Shown one piece after another: positions 9,001-18,317 of a stretch of 60,042 nt of DNA. A model generated the notes under the pieces. The model was not told where the DNA came from. It saw only the letters and a list, made by a program, of their open reading frames with translations, and did no database searches. Within the stretch, counting starts at the first letter, position 1; every line of letters starts with the position of its first letter. Made by a program: the position numbers and the translations under genes. Location: positions 1 through 60,042 of the IMG/VR virus record IMGVR_UViG_3300036715_002143; one strand, 5' to 3'. The DNA comes from a virus (Duplodnaviria > Caudoviricetes).

Positions 9001-10305
9001 ATGCCTCTCTTCCAGAATCCTACGGTCGACTTCGGCGGGCTCGCGGTGGACGCGTTCGGGGACCTCGTGATGCACGAGTGGAACCCGATCATGCAGTTCG
9101 ACTTCGTGTACGGCGGCGGCGGAGCCTCCGGCATCTACACGGCACCGCATCAGGTGGGTGTCTCGTCGTCGAGCGGCACGGGCGCAGCGGTCACCGCGGG
9201 CTCGGTTGGTGGCAGCGCCCTCACCCTCGCGAGCGGGACTGCGGCGGGCGCGGCGGGCACCACGCCCACCACGGGCGCGGTGTTCACCTCGACCAAGGTC
9301 GCGCGCTACCGCCCGGGGCAGGCCATCCAGTGCCGCTTCAGCGCTGTCTTCGGAGCGGCGACGAACCACAACGGGCCGATCGTCGGCGCGGGCAACACGG
9401 TCGACGGCTACTTCTTCGGCAACAACCCGACGGGCGGCGCGTGGGGCATCCTGCACCGCCGGGCCAGCAGCGACGCGACGGCGGCGGACGGTCTCGTTGG
9501 GTGGGTGGCGGCGAGCGCGTTCTCGGAGGACAAGCTCGACGGCACCGGCCCCTCGGCCATGACCATCGACACGACGAAGTGGAACGTCTTTCAGATCCGC
9601 TACCCGTACCTCGGCGCGGGGCCGATCAAGTTCTACGTCCTGAACCCGGTCACGAGCACGTGGATTCTCTGCCACGTCATCAAGTACCCGAACAGCTCGA
9701 CGATCATCCAGATCACGAACCCCGGGCTCCAGTTCTACGCGACCAACACGAACGATGCGACGGGCAGCGCGGGCACGACCCTCAAGATCGGCTCCGTCAA
9801 CATCAGCATCAGCGGGATGCGGCTCTACCTCGGCCCGGTCTTCGGGGACAACAACTCCAAGGCCACGATCACGACCGAGACGAACATCATCTCGATCCGC
9901 AACTGCACCACGTTCAACGGGGTCACCAACCGCGGCATCCTCCGGTTGCGGTCCATCTCCTTCGCGGCGGCGCTCGGCACCGGCATCGGCACCCTGCGCG
10001 TCCTGAAGGGCACCACCATCGGAGGCGCGCCGAGCTTCACCACCGTCTCCGGTACGACGGCGGACGCGGGCGTCACCATCACCTCGGGCCTCTCGATGGC
10101 CTCGCGCGACGTGGCGGGCACGACGGTCTCGGGCGGCACCGTGATGTTCAATGGCGTGGTCGCCGGAGCGGGCGGGACGGCTCCCCCGTTCGACCTCACC
10201 CCGTTCGACATCTTCGTCAACCCGGGTGAGACCATCTCTCTGGCGATGGGCGCTACCGCTGCGGCCACGTGCGCCGTTGCCATCAACTGGAACGAGGATC
10301 AGTAA
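9001..10305 (+). CDS. Putative virion structural / receptor-binding protein
   Basis: GGAG RBS; 434 aa Thr/Gly-rich, beta-sandwich-like composition. Confidence 0.6.
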   Translation: MPLFQNPTVDFGGLAVDAFGDLVMHEWNPIMQFDFVYGGGGASGIYTAPHQVGVSSSSGTGAAVTAGSVGGSALTLASGTAAGAAGTTPTTGAVFTSTKVARYRPGQAIQCRFSAVFGAATNHNGPIVGAGNTVDGYFFGNNPTGGAWGILHRRASSDATAADGLVGWVAASAFSEDKLDGTGPSAMTIDTTKWNVFQIRYPYLGAGPIKFYVLNPVTSTWILCHVIKYPNSSTIIQITNPGLQFYATNTNDATGSAGTTLKIGSVNISISGMRLYLGPVFGDNNSKATITTETNIISIRNCTTFNGVTNRGILRLRSISFAAALGTGIGTLRVLKGTTIGGAPSFTTVSGTTADAGVTITSGLSMASRDVAGTTVSGGTVMFNGVVAGAGGTAPPFDLTPFDIFVNPGETISLAMGATAAATCAVAINWNEDQ

Positions 10306-10631
10306 TGGCCAGCACCATCGCATTCGTGTGGCGTGAAGTTGAGCCGGTCATCGTCAACAACGCGCAGGCTGTCGACGGCGCCGGCCTCCCGTTGTGGAAG
10401 GTCACCCTCGACGTGCGCACGGCGAGTGGGACGAAGTACCTCGGGCACGTCGTGCAGTGCGCGGCGTCCAACGGCGCCGGCATCCGGCAGGCCGTGAAGG
10501 CGTACGCGAAGGCGCTCGACGACGCGGAGCAAGTCGTGATGGTGAAGACCCCGGCGGCCATCCTCGCGCTCATCGGGCAGCCGGTGGACCTCCAGTTCAA
10601 CCCGGTCCTCGACTGGGACACGGTGCCCTGA
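10305..10631 (+). CDS. Hypothetical protein (possible fibre chaperone)
   Basis: TAATG coupling; 108 aa between fibre-like genes. Confidence 0.55.
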   Translation: MASTIAFVWREVEPVIVNNAQAVDGAGLPLWKVTLDVRTASGTKYLGHVVQCAASNGAGIRQAVKAYAKALDDAEQVVMVKTPAAILALIGQPVDLQFNPVLDWDTVP

Positions 10632-10632
10632 G

Positions 10633-12411
10633 ATGGCCCGGCGCCTGCGCTCGCGGCACTACGGGGGGACGCTCGCGCTCCTCGTCGCGGCGGCCACGGC
10701 ATCGACGGCACTCGACGCGTCGCTCTCGCCCGGCGCTGGCAACGTCACCGCCGCGTGCTGGGTCAAGGGCACTGCGCAGACGACCACGACTGAGGTGCTG
10801 GAGCTGGTGAACGCCACCAGCGCTGACGGTCTATCGGTCTCGGTCTCGGCCGGCTCGCTCATCGCGAAGGTGCGCGGGGGCACGGCTGCGAGCGTGGCTG
10901 CGGCGGTCGTGCTCAACGGATCCTGGCACCGCGTGACGGCGTCGTGCGACGCGTCGACGAAGACGGTCGTGCTCTACGTCGACGGCGTGCAGGTCGCGAC
11001 GTCGGGCGCCGCCGCGTGGGCGGGGAGTTTCCCCGCGACGTGCAAGCTCGTGCTCGGACTCGGCTCGGTCGGCAACAGCGCGCTGACAACGCAGGGCGAC
11101 GCCGTACTCGACGTCGGCCACGCCTGGTCGGCGCTCGACGTCGCGGCCGACTACCTCGACGGCGTGCAGCCCGCGACGTACACGCACCGCTGGCCCCTCG
11201 ACGACGGCGCTGGCTCGACGGCGCGCGCGACGCGTGGCGGGCTCGCGCTGACGCTCTCCGGCGGCGCGGCGTTTGCTGCCGACTCGCCGATGCTCGGGCG
11301 GGGGGCGGTGCGGAACCTCTGCGCGCGATCCAGCCGCATCGACCTCGCCCCGTGGGGCATGGGAGGAGGCGCGACGACGACAGCGTTCGCGGGCTCGGTC
11401 CCTACCGCGATCGACGGCATGGTGACGCTCATCACCGCCGCTGGTTCGTACCTGATCCAGACGATTGCGACGGGAGTCGCCAAGTCGAATCGGATCTACA
11501 TCCAGAGCTTCTACGTCACGAAGGTCTCCGGCACCGACTGGTGCTACCTGTCGAACGACCAGGGGACGGCGGGCGCGTGGTTCAATCTCGCGACGGGCGT
11601 GAAGGGCTCGGCGTCGGGCTCGATGCTCTTCTCGGAGACGGAGGCGACGAGCGTTGCCGGCGTCTACCGCGTGTGGATCGGCTACTCGTCCAACACGATC
11701 ACCACGCCCAACTTCATCGCTCTCCAGGTCTCGGCGAACGGCTCGACTTCGGCCATCGCGGCCGGGCAGATGGCGGCCGGCGGCGCGCAGTTCGAGGAAG
11801 CCTACCCCGGCCAGACGACGCCCTCGCCGTACGTGCCCACGGGCGCGGCGCCGCTCAGCGTCTACGGGGCGAGGGACTGGAGGCAGAACGCGATGACGCA
11901 GACGGCGGACCTCGCGAACGCGGCGTGGACGAAGATGGCTAACGTCATCGTCTCAGCGCCCACGTTTGCGGACCCCGAGGGCGGCACCCGCGCGAACCAG
12001 ATCGATCTCACGACGGCGGTATCGCAGGCCGGCGTCTATCAGACGACGAGCGGCATCATCCCGAAGGGGGCGAACGCGCTCGCGAACGTGTGGCTCCGGG
12101 CCGACGTCGCAGGCAACGTCGACCTGCGCGACCCTGTCACCGGCTACGGGGCAACGATCGCCGCGACAACGGCATGGCAGCTCTACGCCGTCGCTTGGCA
12201 GAACGCCGCCGGTTCCGGCACGACGGGCCTGCGTATCAACAAGTCGGCGAGCGGCGCAGCGAGCGTCGTCTACGCGTACAAGCCGCGGCTGACGCAGTGG
12301 AATGGCTCCGTTGTCGCGACCGGCGCGATCGTCAACGCGGTCGCCGACTACATCCCCGCCACGTCGGCCCCCGCCAACAGCTCGGGCGCGCCGAGGAGCC
12401 AGGCCCTATGA
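10633..12411 (+). CDS. LamG/ConA-like lectin domain fibre protein with two C-terminal carbohydrate-binding-like modules
   Basis: T...WVK, G.WH.V......LYVDG and WPLDDGAG LamG motifs; NL..S...W...GAQ.E...PSPY repeat modules. Confidence 0.75.
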   Translation: MARRLRSRHYGGTLALLVAAATASTALDASLSPGAGNVTAACWVKGTAQTTTTEVLELVNATSADGLSVSVSAGSLIAKVRGGTAASVAAAVVLNGSWHRVTASCDASTKTVVLYVDGVQVATSGAAAWAGSFPATCKLVLGLGSVGNSALTTQGDAVLDVGHAWSALDVAADYLDGVQPATYTHRWPLDDGAGSTARATRGGLALTLSGGAAFAADSPMLGRGAVRNLCARSSRIDLAPWGMGGGATTTAFAGSVPTAIDGMVTLITAAGSYLIQTIATGVAKSNRIYIQSFYVTKVSGTDWCYLSNDQGTAGAWFNLATGVKGSASGSMLFSETEATSVAGVYRVWIGYSSNTITTPNFIALQVSANGSTSAIAAGQMAAGGAQFEEAYPGQTTPSPYVPTGAAPLSVYGARDWRQNAMTQTADLANAAWTKMANVIVSAPTFADPEGGTRANQIDLTTAVSQAGVYQTTSGIIPKGANALANVWLRADVAGNVDLRDPVTGYGATIAATTAWQLYAVAWQNAAGSGTTGLRINKSASGAASVVYAYKPRLTQWNGSVVATGAIVNAVADYIPATSAPANSSGAPRSQAL

Positions 12412-13517
12412 GCCCCCGTGGGACAGTGACGAACCTCGCGCTGCAATCGGAGTCGTTCGCGAGCCCGTGGGTGCCTGCGAACGTGACGATCCCCGCCTAC
12501 GTCGGAGCGATGCCGACCATGGCGCGCGCGCCCACGAGCGGCGTCGTCGTGAGCGACGACAACAACTACGGCACACACGGGGTCTTCCTGCCGCCTGCCG
12601 GAGTCGTTTGGGGGCGGTTGATCTTCAGCATCTTCGCGAAAGCCGTCGCTGGGTCTGGCTGGTTCTCACCTAGCGGCATTCGCGCCGGCGGTTACTCCTA
12701 CTTCGACCTAGTGAACGGCGCGCTCGGCACGGTCCCGACCTCGCTGCTCACTCCGTACATGGAGGCAGCCGGAAACGGCTGGTACCGGCTCGCGCTCGCG
12801 ACGACCGACGCAGTAGTGCAGACGGGGCTTCAGCAGAGCCTCGTGCTCGGGAACGGAGGGGGGGCCTACCAAGGCGTCTCGGGGCAGAGGATCGCGCTTG
12901 CGGGCGCGATGCTCGAAGTCGCACAGCCCGGCCAAACCACACCGAGCCCCTACGTCGTGAGCGGCGCCACCGCGGGCGTCGGGCGGAGGGAGACGCGGCA
13001 GAACTACTATAGGTTCAGCGACGACCTTACGAAGAGCGAGCACATCAAGAACACCGGCATCGTCATCGTCTCCGGCAGCCTCGACGTGCCAGCCCCGTCC
13101 GACGTGCCCACGGCCGCCGTGCAGAAGTGGACGTACGACGGGAGCGGCGTTGCTGGCGATTACCGACTCTACAGCAACGCGGGCGCGATCGAACTGCTCT
13201 ATCGGAAAGGCGTGCCCTACGCGTGGGCCATGTGGATGCGCGTTGCGTCCGGCACGCTGCCGCTCCGCGTGCAGCTCTGCATCAACGTGCAGGCCATCAC
13301 GGTCACCTCGACGTGGCAGCGCTTCCTGATCCTCGCGACCGGCAACGGCTCATTGGGGATTCAGCCGACGGTCTTCTCCGCGGCGGCCAACAATGCCGCG
13401 TTCACGCTCTATACAGCGGGCGCGCAGCTCGTGCAGGGCAACAACATGCCCGACTACATTGCCACCCTAGGCGCCCCCGCGAACGCGAACGGAGCGCCGC
13501 GAAGCATCGTGAGCTGA
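12408..13517 (+). CDS. Fibre/receptor-binding protein, paralogue of the C-terminal part of the upstream gene
   Basis: ATGA overlap; shares PGQTTPSPYV, RQN and APAN..GAPRS with 10633-12411. Confidence 0.75.
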   Translation: MSPRGTVTNLALQSESFASPWVPANVTIPAYVGAMPTMARAPTSGVVVSDDNNYGTHGVFLPPAGVVWGRLIFSIFAKAVAGSGWFSPSGIRAGGYSYFDLVNGALGTVPTSLLTPYMEAAGNGWYRLALATTDAVVQTGLQQSLVLGNGGGAYQGVSGQRIALAGAMLEVAQPGQTTPSPYVVSGATAGVGRRETRQNYYRFSDDLTKSEHIKNTGIVIVSGSLDVPAPSDVPTAAVQKWTYDGSGVAGDYRLYSNAGAIELLYRKGVPYAWAMWMRVASGTLPLRVQLCINVQAITVTSTWQRFLILATGNGSLGIQPTVFSAAANNAAFTLYTAGAQLVQGNNMPDYIATLGAPANANGAPRSIVS

Positions 13518-13615
13518 ACGTGCGCCCGGCCGAATCGTGGCTATCCAACAAGTGACCCCCGCGCCGTTCCACCGGCCGAGGGTCGTGGCCACAACCTGCG
13601 GAAACAGGGTGCAGC

Positions 13616-13813
13616 ATGGAAACGATACGTCGCGACGAGCGCATTGCAACGTTCAGCATCGGTGATCGGTTCGGCCTCTTCACAGTGACCGGCGGCCCAA
13701 GAAGCGCGTCGCCTGACTTTCAGCATCAACTACCCGGAGGGCACCAGCGAAAGCCGGCGACCTTCGGCGCTTTTGGAGCATCGCGATGCCGCCCTCTCCG
13801 CTGTGCACTGTGA
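13616..13813 (+). pseudogene. Possible remnant of an HNH/AP2-type homing endonuclease N-terminus
   Basis: IGDRFGLFTV resembles the G.RFG.LTV motif; the frame then loses similarity and runs into the next gene. Confidence 0.35.
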
Positions 13814-14790
13814 ACGGCTCTGCCACTGCCGACGGATTCAACGCATCTGCGGGCGCCGCGCTCACCATCCAGCTCGTCGATCTCTCGGCGCGCTCGTGGT
13901 CGCTCGCGGTCTTCGGCGTCGACGACTCGCAGACATTCCCAGGGCCCGCGCTCTCGATCAACCCGACGACGCGCACGGCGACGGCGACGGCCCCCGCGCT
14001 CGGCACGACGACGCTCTTCCGCTCCACCGTCATCGACGGGCAGGGCAACTCGTACTCGACGACGTTCGCCGTCTACGTGCTCGCGAGCAACGGCAACCGC
14101 GTGATCGCCTTCGGGGAGACGACCGAGGGCGGCTCGCTCGCCGGCTGGATCAATCAGCTGAACGCGCAGGCACGAGCGCTCACGAACACGCCAGGCTTCG
14201 CGACGCTCGTCGCGCCCCCCGCGGCGGCGACGTTCACCGCGAACGCCGGCAACGGCAGCGGCGCCGCGCTCGCCGACATCTCCGGCGGCGGGCTGCTGCT
14301 CACCGGCGCGAAGGGCGCGAGCGACGACAGCAAGAACGCGGGCTTCTACCGCGCGAAGTCGGGCGCGAAGACGCTCACCGTTTGCATGCGCTTCGTGCTC
14401 ACCGACACGGGCGGTGTCGCGGGCGCGAACGCGGCGGTCGGGCTCTACTTCGCCGAGGCCGCGACGGGGCGCATCAAGGTGTTCCGCAGCTTCGCAGGCG
14501 CCCTGCCGCAGCAGCTGTTCTTCAACAGCTACACGAACCCCACGACGGCCGTCGGCGGCGGTGCGGTCCTCGGTGTCGGGATCGGCAACACGTTCTGGCT
14601 CCGCCTCGCCGACGACGGGACCAACATCGTCGCGTCCTACTCGACCAACGGGAAGAACTGGACGCAGGCCGCGAGCGAGGCGCGCGGCACGTTCCTCACG
14701 ACGACGCCCGGCGGAGACCGCATGGGCGTCTTCGCCGCCGGCTTCTCGTCGGCGGTGCAGGCCGAGATCCTCAGCTACGCAGAGACCTGA
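13786..14790 (+). CDS. Putative virion structural / lectin-like protein
   Basis: GGAG RBS; C-terminal WLRLADDG......YSTNG.NWT resembles ConA-like folds. Confidence 0.6.
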   Translation: MPPSPLCTVNGSATADGFNASAGAALTIQLVDLSARSWSLAVFGVDDSQTFPGPALSINPTTRTATATAPALGTTTLFRSTVIDGQGNSYSTTFAVYVLASNGNRVIAFGETTEGGSLAGWINQLNAQARALTNTPGFATLVAPPAAATFTANAGNGSGAALADISGGGLLLTGAKGASDDSKNAGFYRAKSGAKTLTVCMRFVLTDTGGVAGANAAVGLYFAEAATGRIKVFRSFAGALPQQLFFNSYTNPTTAVGGGAVLGVGIGNTFWLRLADDGTNIVASYSTNGKNWTQAASEARGTFLTTTPGGDRMGVFAAGFSSAVQAEILSYAET

Positions 14791-14850
14791 TCGCGCTCCC
14801 GAGCGCGCATGAACGGCTTCCCCGAAGCGGGCGCGGCCTGGGAGAGATCC

Positions 14851-15375
14851 ATGAACTCGAAGCTCAAGACGTTCTACTCGCTGCTCGCCTTCTTCCTCGT
14901 CGCGCTCTACGCGATGCCGTCTGCGCGCCCGTACATCGAGACCGCCGCGAAGGCGCTCGGCGCCGTCGCCCTGATCGCCACCTCCCTCGCGGCGCTGCCG
15001 GGCGCGATCGGTCGCTTCGGAGCCGCGCTCGGGCAGGACGTGGACGCGCTGCTCGCGATCGTGCCGAAGCCTCCGACCGACGGCTCGAAGCCGAAGGGGC
15101 CGCCGGCGGTCATCATCTCCGCGCTCGCGATCTCGATGCTACTGGGCGGCTGCTCGTGGCTGAAGTCGAAGGAGCCCGTCCTCACCCAGGACGGCAAGGA
15201 CGAAGTCGCCTGCGTCTTCTCACACTTCCTTGCGGGCGACTCGGTCGAGGACACGGCGGCGGCCTGCGGCGGCCTGCTGATCAAGGACGTGATCGACCTG
15301 TTCGCCATCGCGCACAAGTCGGGTGTGCCGCACGGCCCCTCGCCGGCCGCGAGCTCGTCGACGGTGAAGCCGTGA
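14851..15375 (+). CDS. Holin-like membrane protein with internal lipobox
   Basis: GGAGAG RBS; two N-terminal hydrophobic helices, third hydrophobic stretch ends LGGC (Cys101); first gene of lysis cassette. Confidence 0.55.
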   Translation: MNSKLKTFYSLLAFFLVALYAMPSARPYIETAAKALGAVALIATSLAALPGAIGRFGAALGQDVDALLAIVPKPPTDGSKPKGPPAVIISALAISMLLGGCSWLKSKEPVLTQDGKDEVACVFSHFLAGDSVEDTAAACGGLLIKDVIDLFAIAHKSGVPHGPSPAASSSTVKP

Positions 15376-16193
15376 GCCGCGAGCTCGGCCGCTTCGGCAA
15401 GGGGTACCGGCCCGATCCCGAGCATCGCCGTTCGGCGAAGCGTGGGCTCGCACACCTGATCGGGACGTCGTTCGCGGTGCCGGCGAAGGCCTCGCTTCGG
15501 CAGTTCGCGCCGCCGGTCCAGGATCAGCTCCAGACCAGCGAGTGCACCGGCTTCGCGTTCCGGCGCGCGATCGACACCCGCCTCGGCTTCCATGGCGTCG
15601 CCTACGAGCCGCACTCCTGCCAGGGCATCTACACGATCGGCCGCTGCCTGCAGCGCGCGCGGATGCCGTGGGGCCCAGGTGAACCGCTCGCCGACGATGG
15701 GGCGATCCCGTCCGACGTCGCTGAGGGGTGCGCGAAGGGCGTTCCCACCGAGAAGGCGTGGCCGTTCGACCCCGCGACGGTGAACGCGGACCCGCGCCTC
15801 GACGAGATGCTCGACGCGGCCCGCTTCGTCGTGAAGGAGATCTACCGCATCGAGGCGGTCGGTTCTGACCGCGTGCGCGCGGTGATGGCGGCGATCGCGG
15901 CCGGGTACCCGGTCGTCTTCGGCACCGAGGTCGATCGGCGCTTCGAGGACTACGACGGGCGCGACCTCGTGCTGCCGTCGCTGCCCGGCAGGAGCCTGGG
16001 CGGGCACATGCTCTGCGGAGGCCTCGAGTACGAGACCCTGCCGAGCGGCATCGTCGTCTTCGGCGGCGACAACTCGTGGGGCACCGACACCTGGGGTGAC
16101 CGCGGGACGTTCCGCTATGGCGAGGAGTTCCTCGCCGACCCGCAGCTCGACGACCTCTACGCCGTCGAGATCGGCGAGCGAGGTGCGCCGTGA
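15372..16193 (+). CDS. Papain-like cysteine protease (peptidase C1A)
   Basis: DQ.....CTGFA (Gln/Cys), GGH (His), NSWG..WG..G (Asn); GTGA overlap. Confidence 0.9.
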   Translation: MSRELGRFGKGYRPDPEHRRSAKRGLAHLIGTSFAVPAKASLRQFAPPVQDQLQTSECTGFAFRRAIDTRLGFHGVAYEPHSCQGIYTIGRCLQRARMPWGPGEPLADDGAIPSDVAEGCAKGVPTEKAWPFDPATVNADPRLDEMLDAARFVVKEIYRIEAVGSDRVRAVMAAIAAGYPVVFGTEVDRRFEDYDGRDLVLPSLPGRSLGGHMLCGGLEYETLPSGIVVFGGDNSWGTDTWGDRGTFRYGEEFLADPQLDDLYAVEIGERGAP

Positions 16194-16477
16194 AGCGCGC
16201 GTTCACCCTCGTAGCGCTTGCGCTCGCGCTCGTCGCCTGCTCTCCGGCGCCCACGCCTGCGCCCGTGCCCATCCCGGGCGCGACACCGGCGGACGCGTGC
16301 ACCGCGCTTGCCGCCGAGTCGTGCCCCGAGGGGCTCGACCCGAAGTGCGTCGACGTCCTCACCGACATGATGCAAAGCCGCTTCATCGAGCAGCGCGCCG
16401 TGGGCTGCCTCGCGGCGTCGAAGTCGCCCGCAGAAGCGCGCGCGTGCAAGACCGTCGCGTGCAAGGGCGTGCCGTGA
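16190..16477 (+). CDS. Small Cys-rich lipoprotein (o-spanin-like position)
   Basis: MKRAFTLVALALALVAC lipobox, Pro-rich linker, six further Cys. Confidence 0.75.
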   Translation: MKRAFTLVALALALVACSPAPTPAPVPIPGATPADACTALAAESCPEGLDPKCVDVLTDMMQSRFIEQRAVGCLAASKSPAEARACKTVACKGVP

Positions 16478-16746
16478 GCTCGCTTGTCGTCGTCAGCATC
16501 GCGTGCGAGGCCGACCGGGCCTCGTTCGTGGTGCGCGCGGCGGAGACGCATCCGCAGGCGGTGCGCCCGATCTTCGACGAGCAGATCCGACGCGCGTCCG
16601 TCGCGCTCGATCTCTGCCACCTCGAGGCCTACCCGGACCGCGTGCGCGAGCGTGAAGCCGCGACCAGCTGGCTCGAGCACTGCCGCGAGGCGCGCGAGGC
16701 GATGACCTGGGACGCGTGGTGCGTGAGGAAAGGGATTCGACCGTGA
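16474..16746 (+). CDS. Hypothetical protein
   Basis: GTGA coupling at both ends. Confidence 0.6.
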   Translation: MSSLVVVSIACEADRASFVVRAAETHPQAVRPIFDEQIRRASVALDLCHLEAYPDRVREREAATSWLEHCREAREAMTWDAWCVRKGIRP

Positions 16747-17711
16747 GCATCACGAAGCATCCCGGGCGCCTCGGCGTCGACATCTCCTCGCTCCAGGGCG
16801 AGATCGACTTCGCGAAGCTCGCCGCCTGGCGCTCGCCCGACGGTCGCCGCATCGAGTTCGTGATCGCGCGCGCCTGCAACGGCACCGTCCGCGACTCCCG
16901 GCACCGCGAGTACCGCCAGGCTGCGAAGGCGAACGGGCTCCTCTTCGGCAGCTATGGCGTGCTCTACCCCGCGGGCGATGCGGTCGCGCAGGCCGACACG
17001 TTCCTCGACGTGGTCGGCGTCGTCGAGCCCGACGAGCTTCCCCCGATGCTGGATCTTGAGGTCGAGGACGGGATTCCTGGCGGCGATGGCGAGCACCGCG
17101 CGGGCCTCGCCTGGGTCGAGCGCGTCGAGGACGTCACGGGCCGGCGCTGCCTGGTCTACACCGGCTGGGGCTTCTGGAAAGCGATCGACGATCGCGCCGA
17201 GTCGCCGCTCGCCGACCGGCCCCTCGTCGTCGCCCACTACACTGACGGCGACAAGCCGCTGATGCCGCGCGCGTGGCACGCGTGGACGATCCACCAGTAC
17301 AGCGGCAACGGCGGCGAGCGCGTGGCCGGCTGCCTCGTCGACATCGACCGAGACGTCGCGCACCCGAGCGTCGGCCTGCTCGAGATCATCGCCGCGTCGA
17401 AGCTCCACGAGGCGCACCCGCGCCCGTGGATGCCGAGCGTCCACGAGCTCCAGGCGCGTCTTGGCGTCGATGCCGATGGCGTGTGGGGGCCGAAGTCGAA
17501 CGCCGCGCTGCGTGCCTACCAGACGGCGCAGGGGCTGCCCCCGACCGGCATCGTCGGCCCGCGCACGATCGCGCTGCTCTTCCCCGAGCACGTCGCGCCC
17601 ACCGAGCCCCCGCCGACGCTCCCGAGCCTCGAGCCTCCCCGGGCGCCCGCCGAGACCGCCCCGCTCACCGAGGCCGAGCGCGACGCGCGCGAGCTCGAGG
17701 GGGTCCCGTGA
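16743..17711 (+). CDS. Endolysin: GH25 muramidase plus peptidoglycan-binding domain
   Basis: GVDISSLQG.ID, LDLE and W..HQYS GH25 motifs; LQ.RLG..ADG.WGP.....YQ...GL..TGIVGP.T binding domain. Confidence 0.92.
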   Translation: MSITKHPGRLGVDISSLQGEIDFAKLAAWRSPDGRRIEFVIARACNGTVRDSRHREYRQAAKANGLLFGSYGVLYPAGDAVAQADTFLDVVGVVEPDELPPMLDLEVEDGIPGGDGEHRAGLAWVERVEDVTGRRCLVYTGWGFWKAIDDRAESPLADRPLVVAHYTDGDKPLMPRAWHAWTIHQYSGNGGERVAGCLVDIDRDVAHPSVGLLEIIAASKLHEAHPRPWMPSVHELQARLGVDADGVWGPKSNAALRAYQTAQGLPPTGIVGPRTIALLFPEHVAPTEPPPTLPSLEPPRAPAETAPLTEAERDARELEGVP

Positions 17712-17905
17712 GGCCCGACCCCCGCGCCGAGCCGGACGACGCCCCCGACACGCTCCCCGCGCCGCCGCCCGTCCCGTCCATGGGCCCCCGGACGCGTCCG
17801 TCGAGCCCGACCGCCCCGCGCATCGCCGACATCCTCGCGGAGGGCCGGCGCGCCGCCGGGCTGCCGGGCGAGCCTACGACCGCCACGCCCGAGGGCGACA
17901 CGTGA
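17708..17905 (+). CDS. Pro-rich hypothetical protein
   Basis: GTGA coupling at both ends. Confidence 0.45.
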   Translation: MRPDPRAEPDDAPDTLPAPPPVPSMGPRTRPSSPTAPRIADILAEGRRAAGLPGEPTTATPEGDT

Positions 17906-18057
17906 CCATGGAGCTGCTCGCCTCCCTCGCCTGCCTCTCGATCGGAGGCGTCGCCGCCCACGCGCTGCTGATCGCTAGCGAGGCACGCGACTCGGTGCGC
18001 ATCTCTCGCCGCCGCATGAAGCGGCACTGGAGCACTCCGCCGTGCCGCTCGAAGTAA
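17902..18057 (+). CDS. Small membrane protein
   Basis: One hydrophobic helix and a basic tail; coupled start. Confidence 0.45.
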   Translation: MTMELLASLACLSIGGVAAHALLIASEARDSVRISRRRMKRHWSTPPCRSK

Positions 18058-18317
18058 CCCCCGCCCTGCTCGGCCTCGCGGTGACGGCGTGCACCATCCT
18101 CGTCGGCTCGGCGGTCCAGGTCGTGCTCGCAGCGCGCGACGCCCGGGACGCCGCGTCCGAGGTCAAGGCGCACGCCGAGACGCTCATCGCGATCCGGGTC
18201 GCGCAGGGGCGGCACGAAGAGCGGCTCGACGCGCACGAGGACGAGATCGGCAGAGTGCGCACGGGCGTCGAGGCGAACGCGACGGCGCTCGCGCGGCTCG
18301 TGGGCACGAAGAAGTAG
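18042..18317 (+). CDS. Single-TM coiled-coil protein (holin or i-spanin-like)
   Basis: GGAG upstream; N-terminal TM followed by heptad-like helix; last lysis gene. Confidence 0.6.
   Translation: MPLEVTPALLGLAVTACTILVGSAVQVVLAARDARDAASEVKAHAETLIAIRVAQGRHEERLDAHEDEIGRVRTGVEANATALARLVGTKK

Noticed and set aside
10633-13785. Diversity-generating retroelement or invertible fibre cassette
   Set aside because: No reverse transcriptase or invertase seen. The paralogues are similar mainly at protein level and are not an adenine-specific TR/VR pair.
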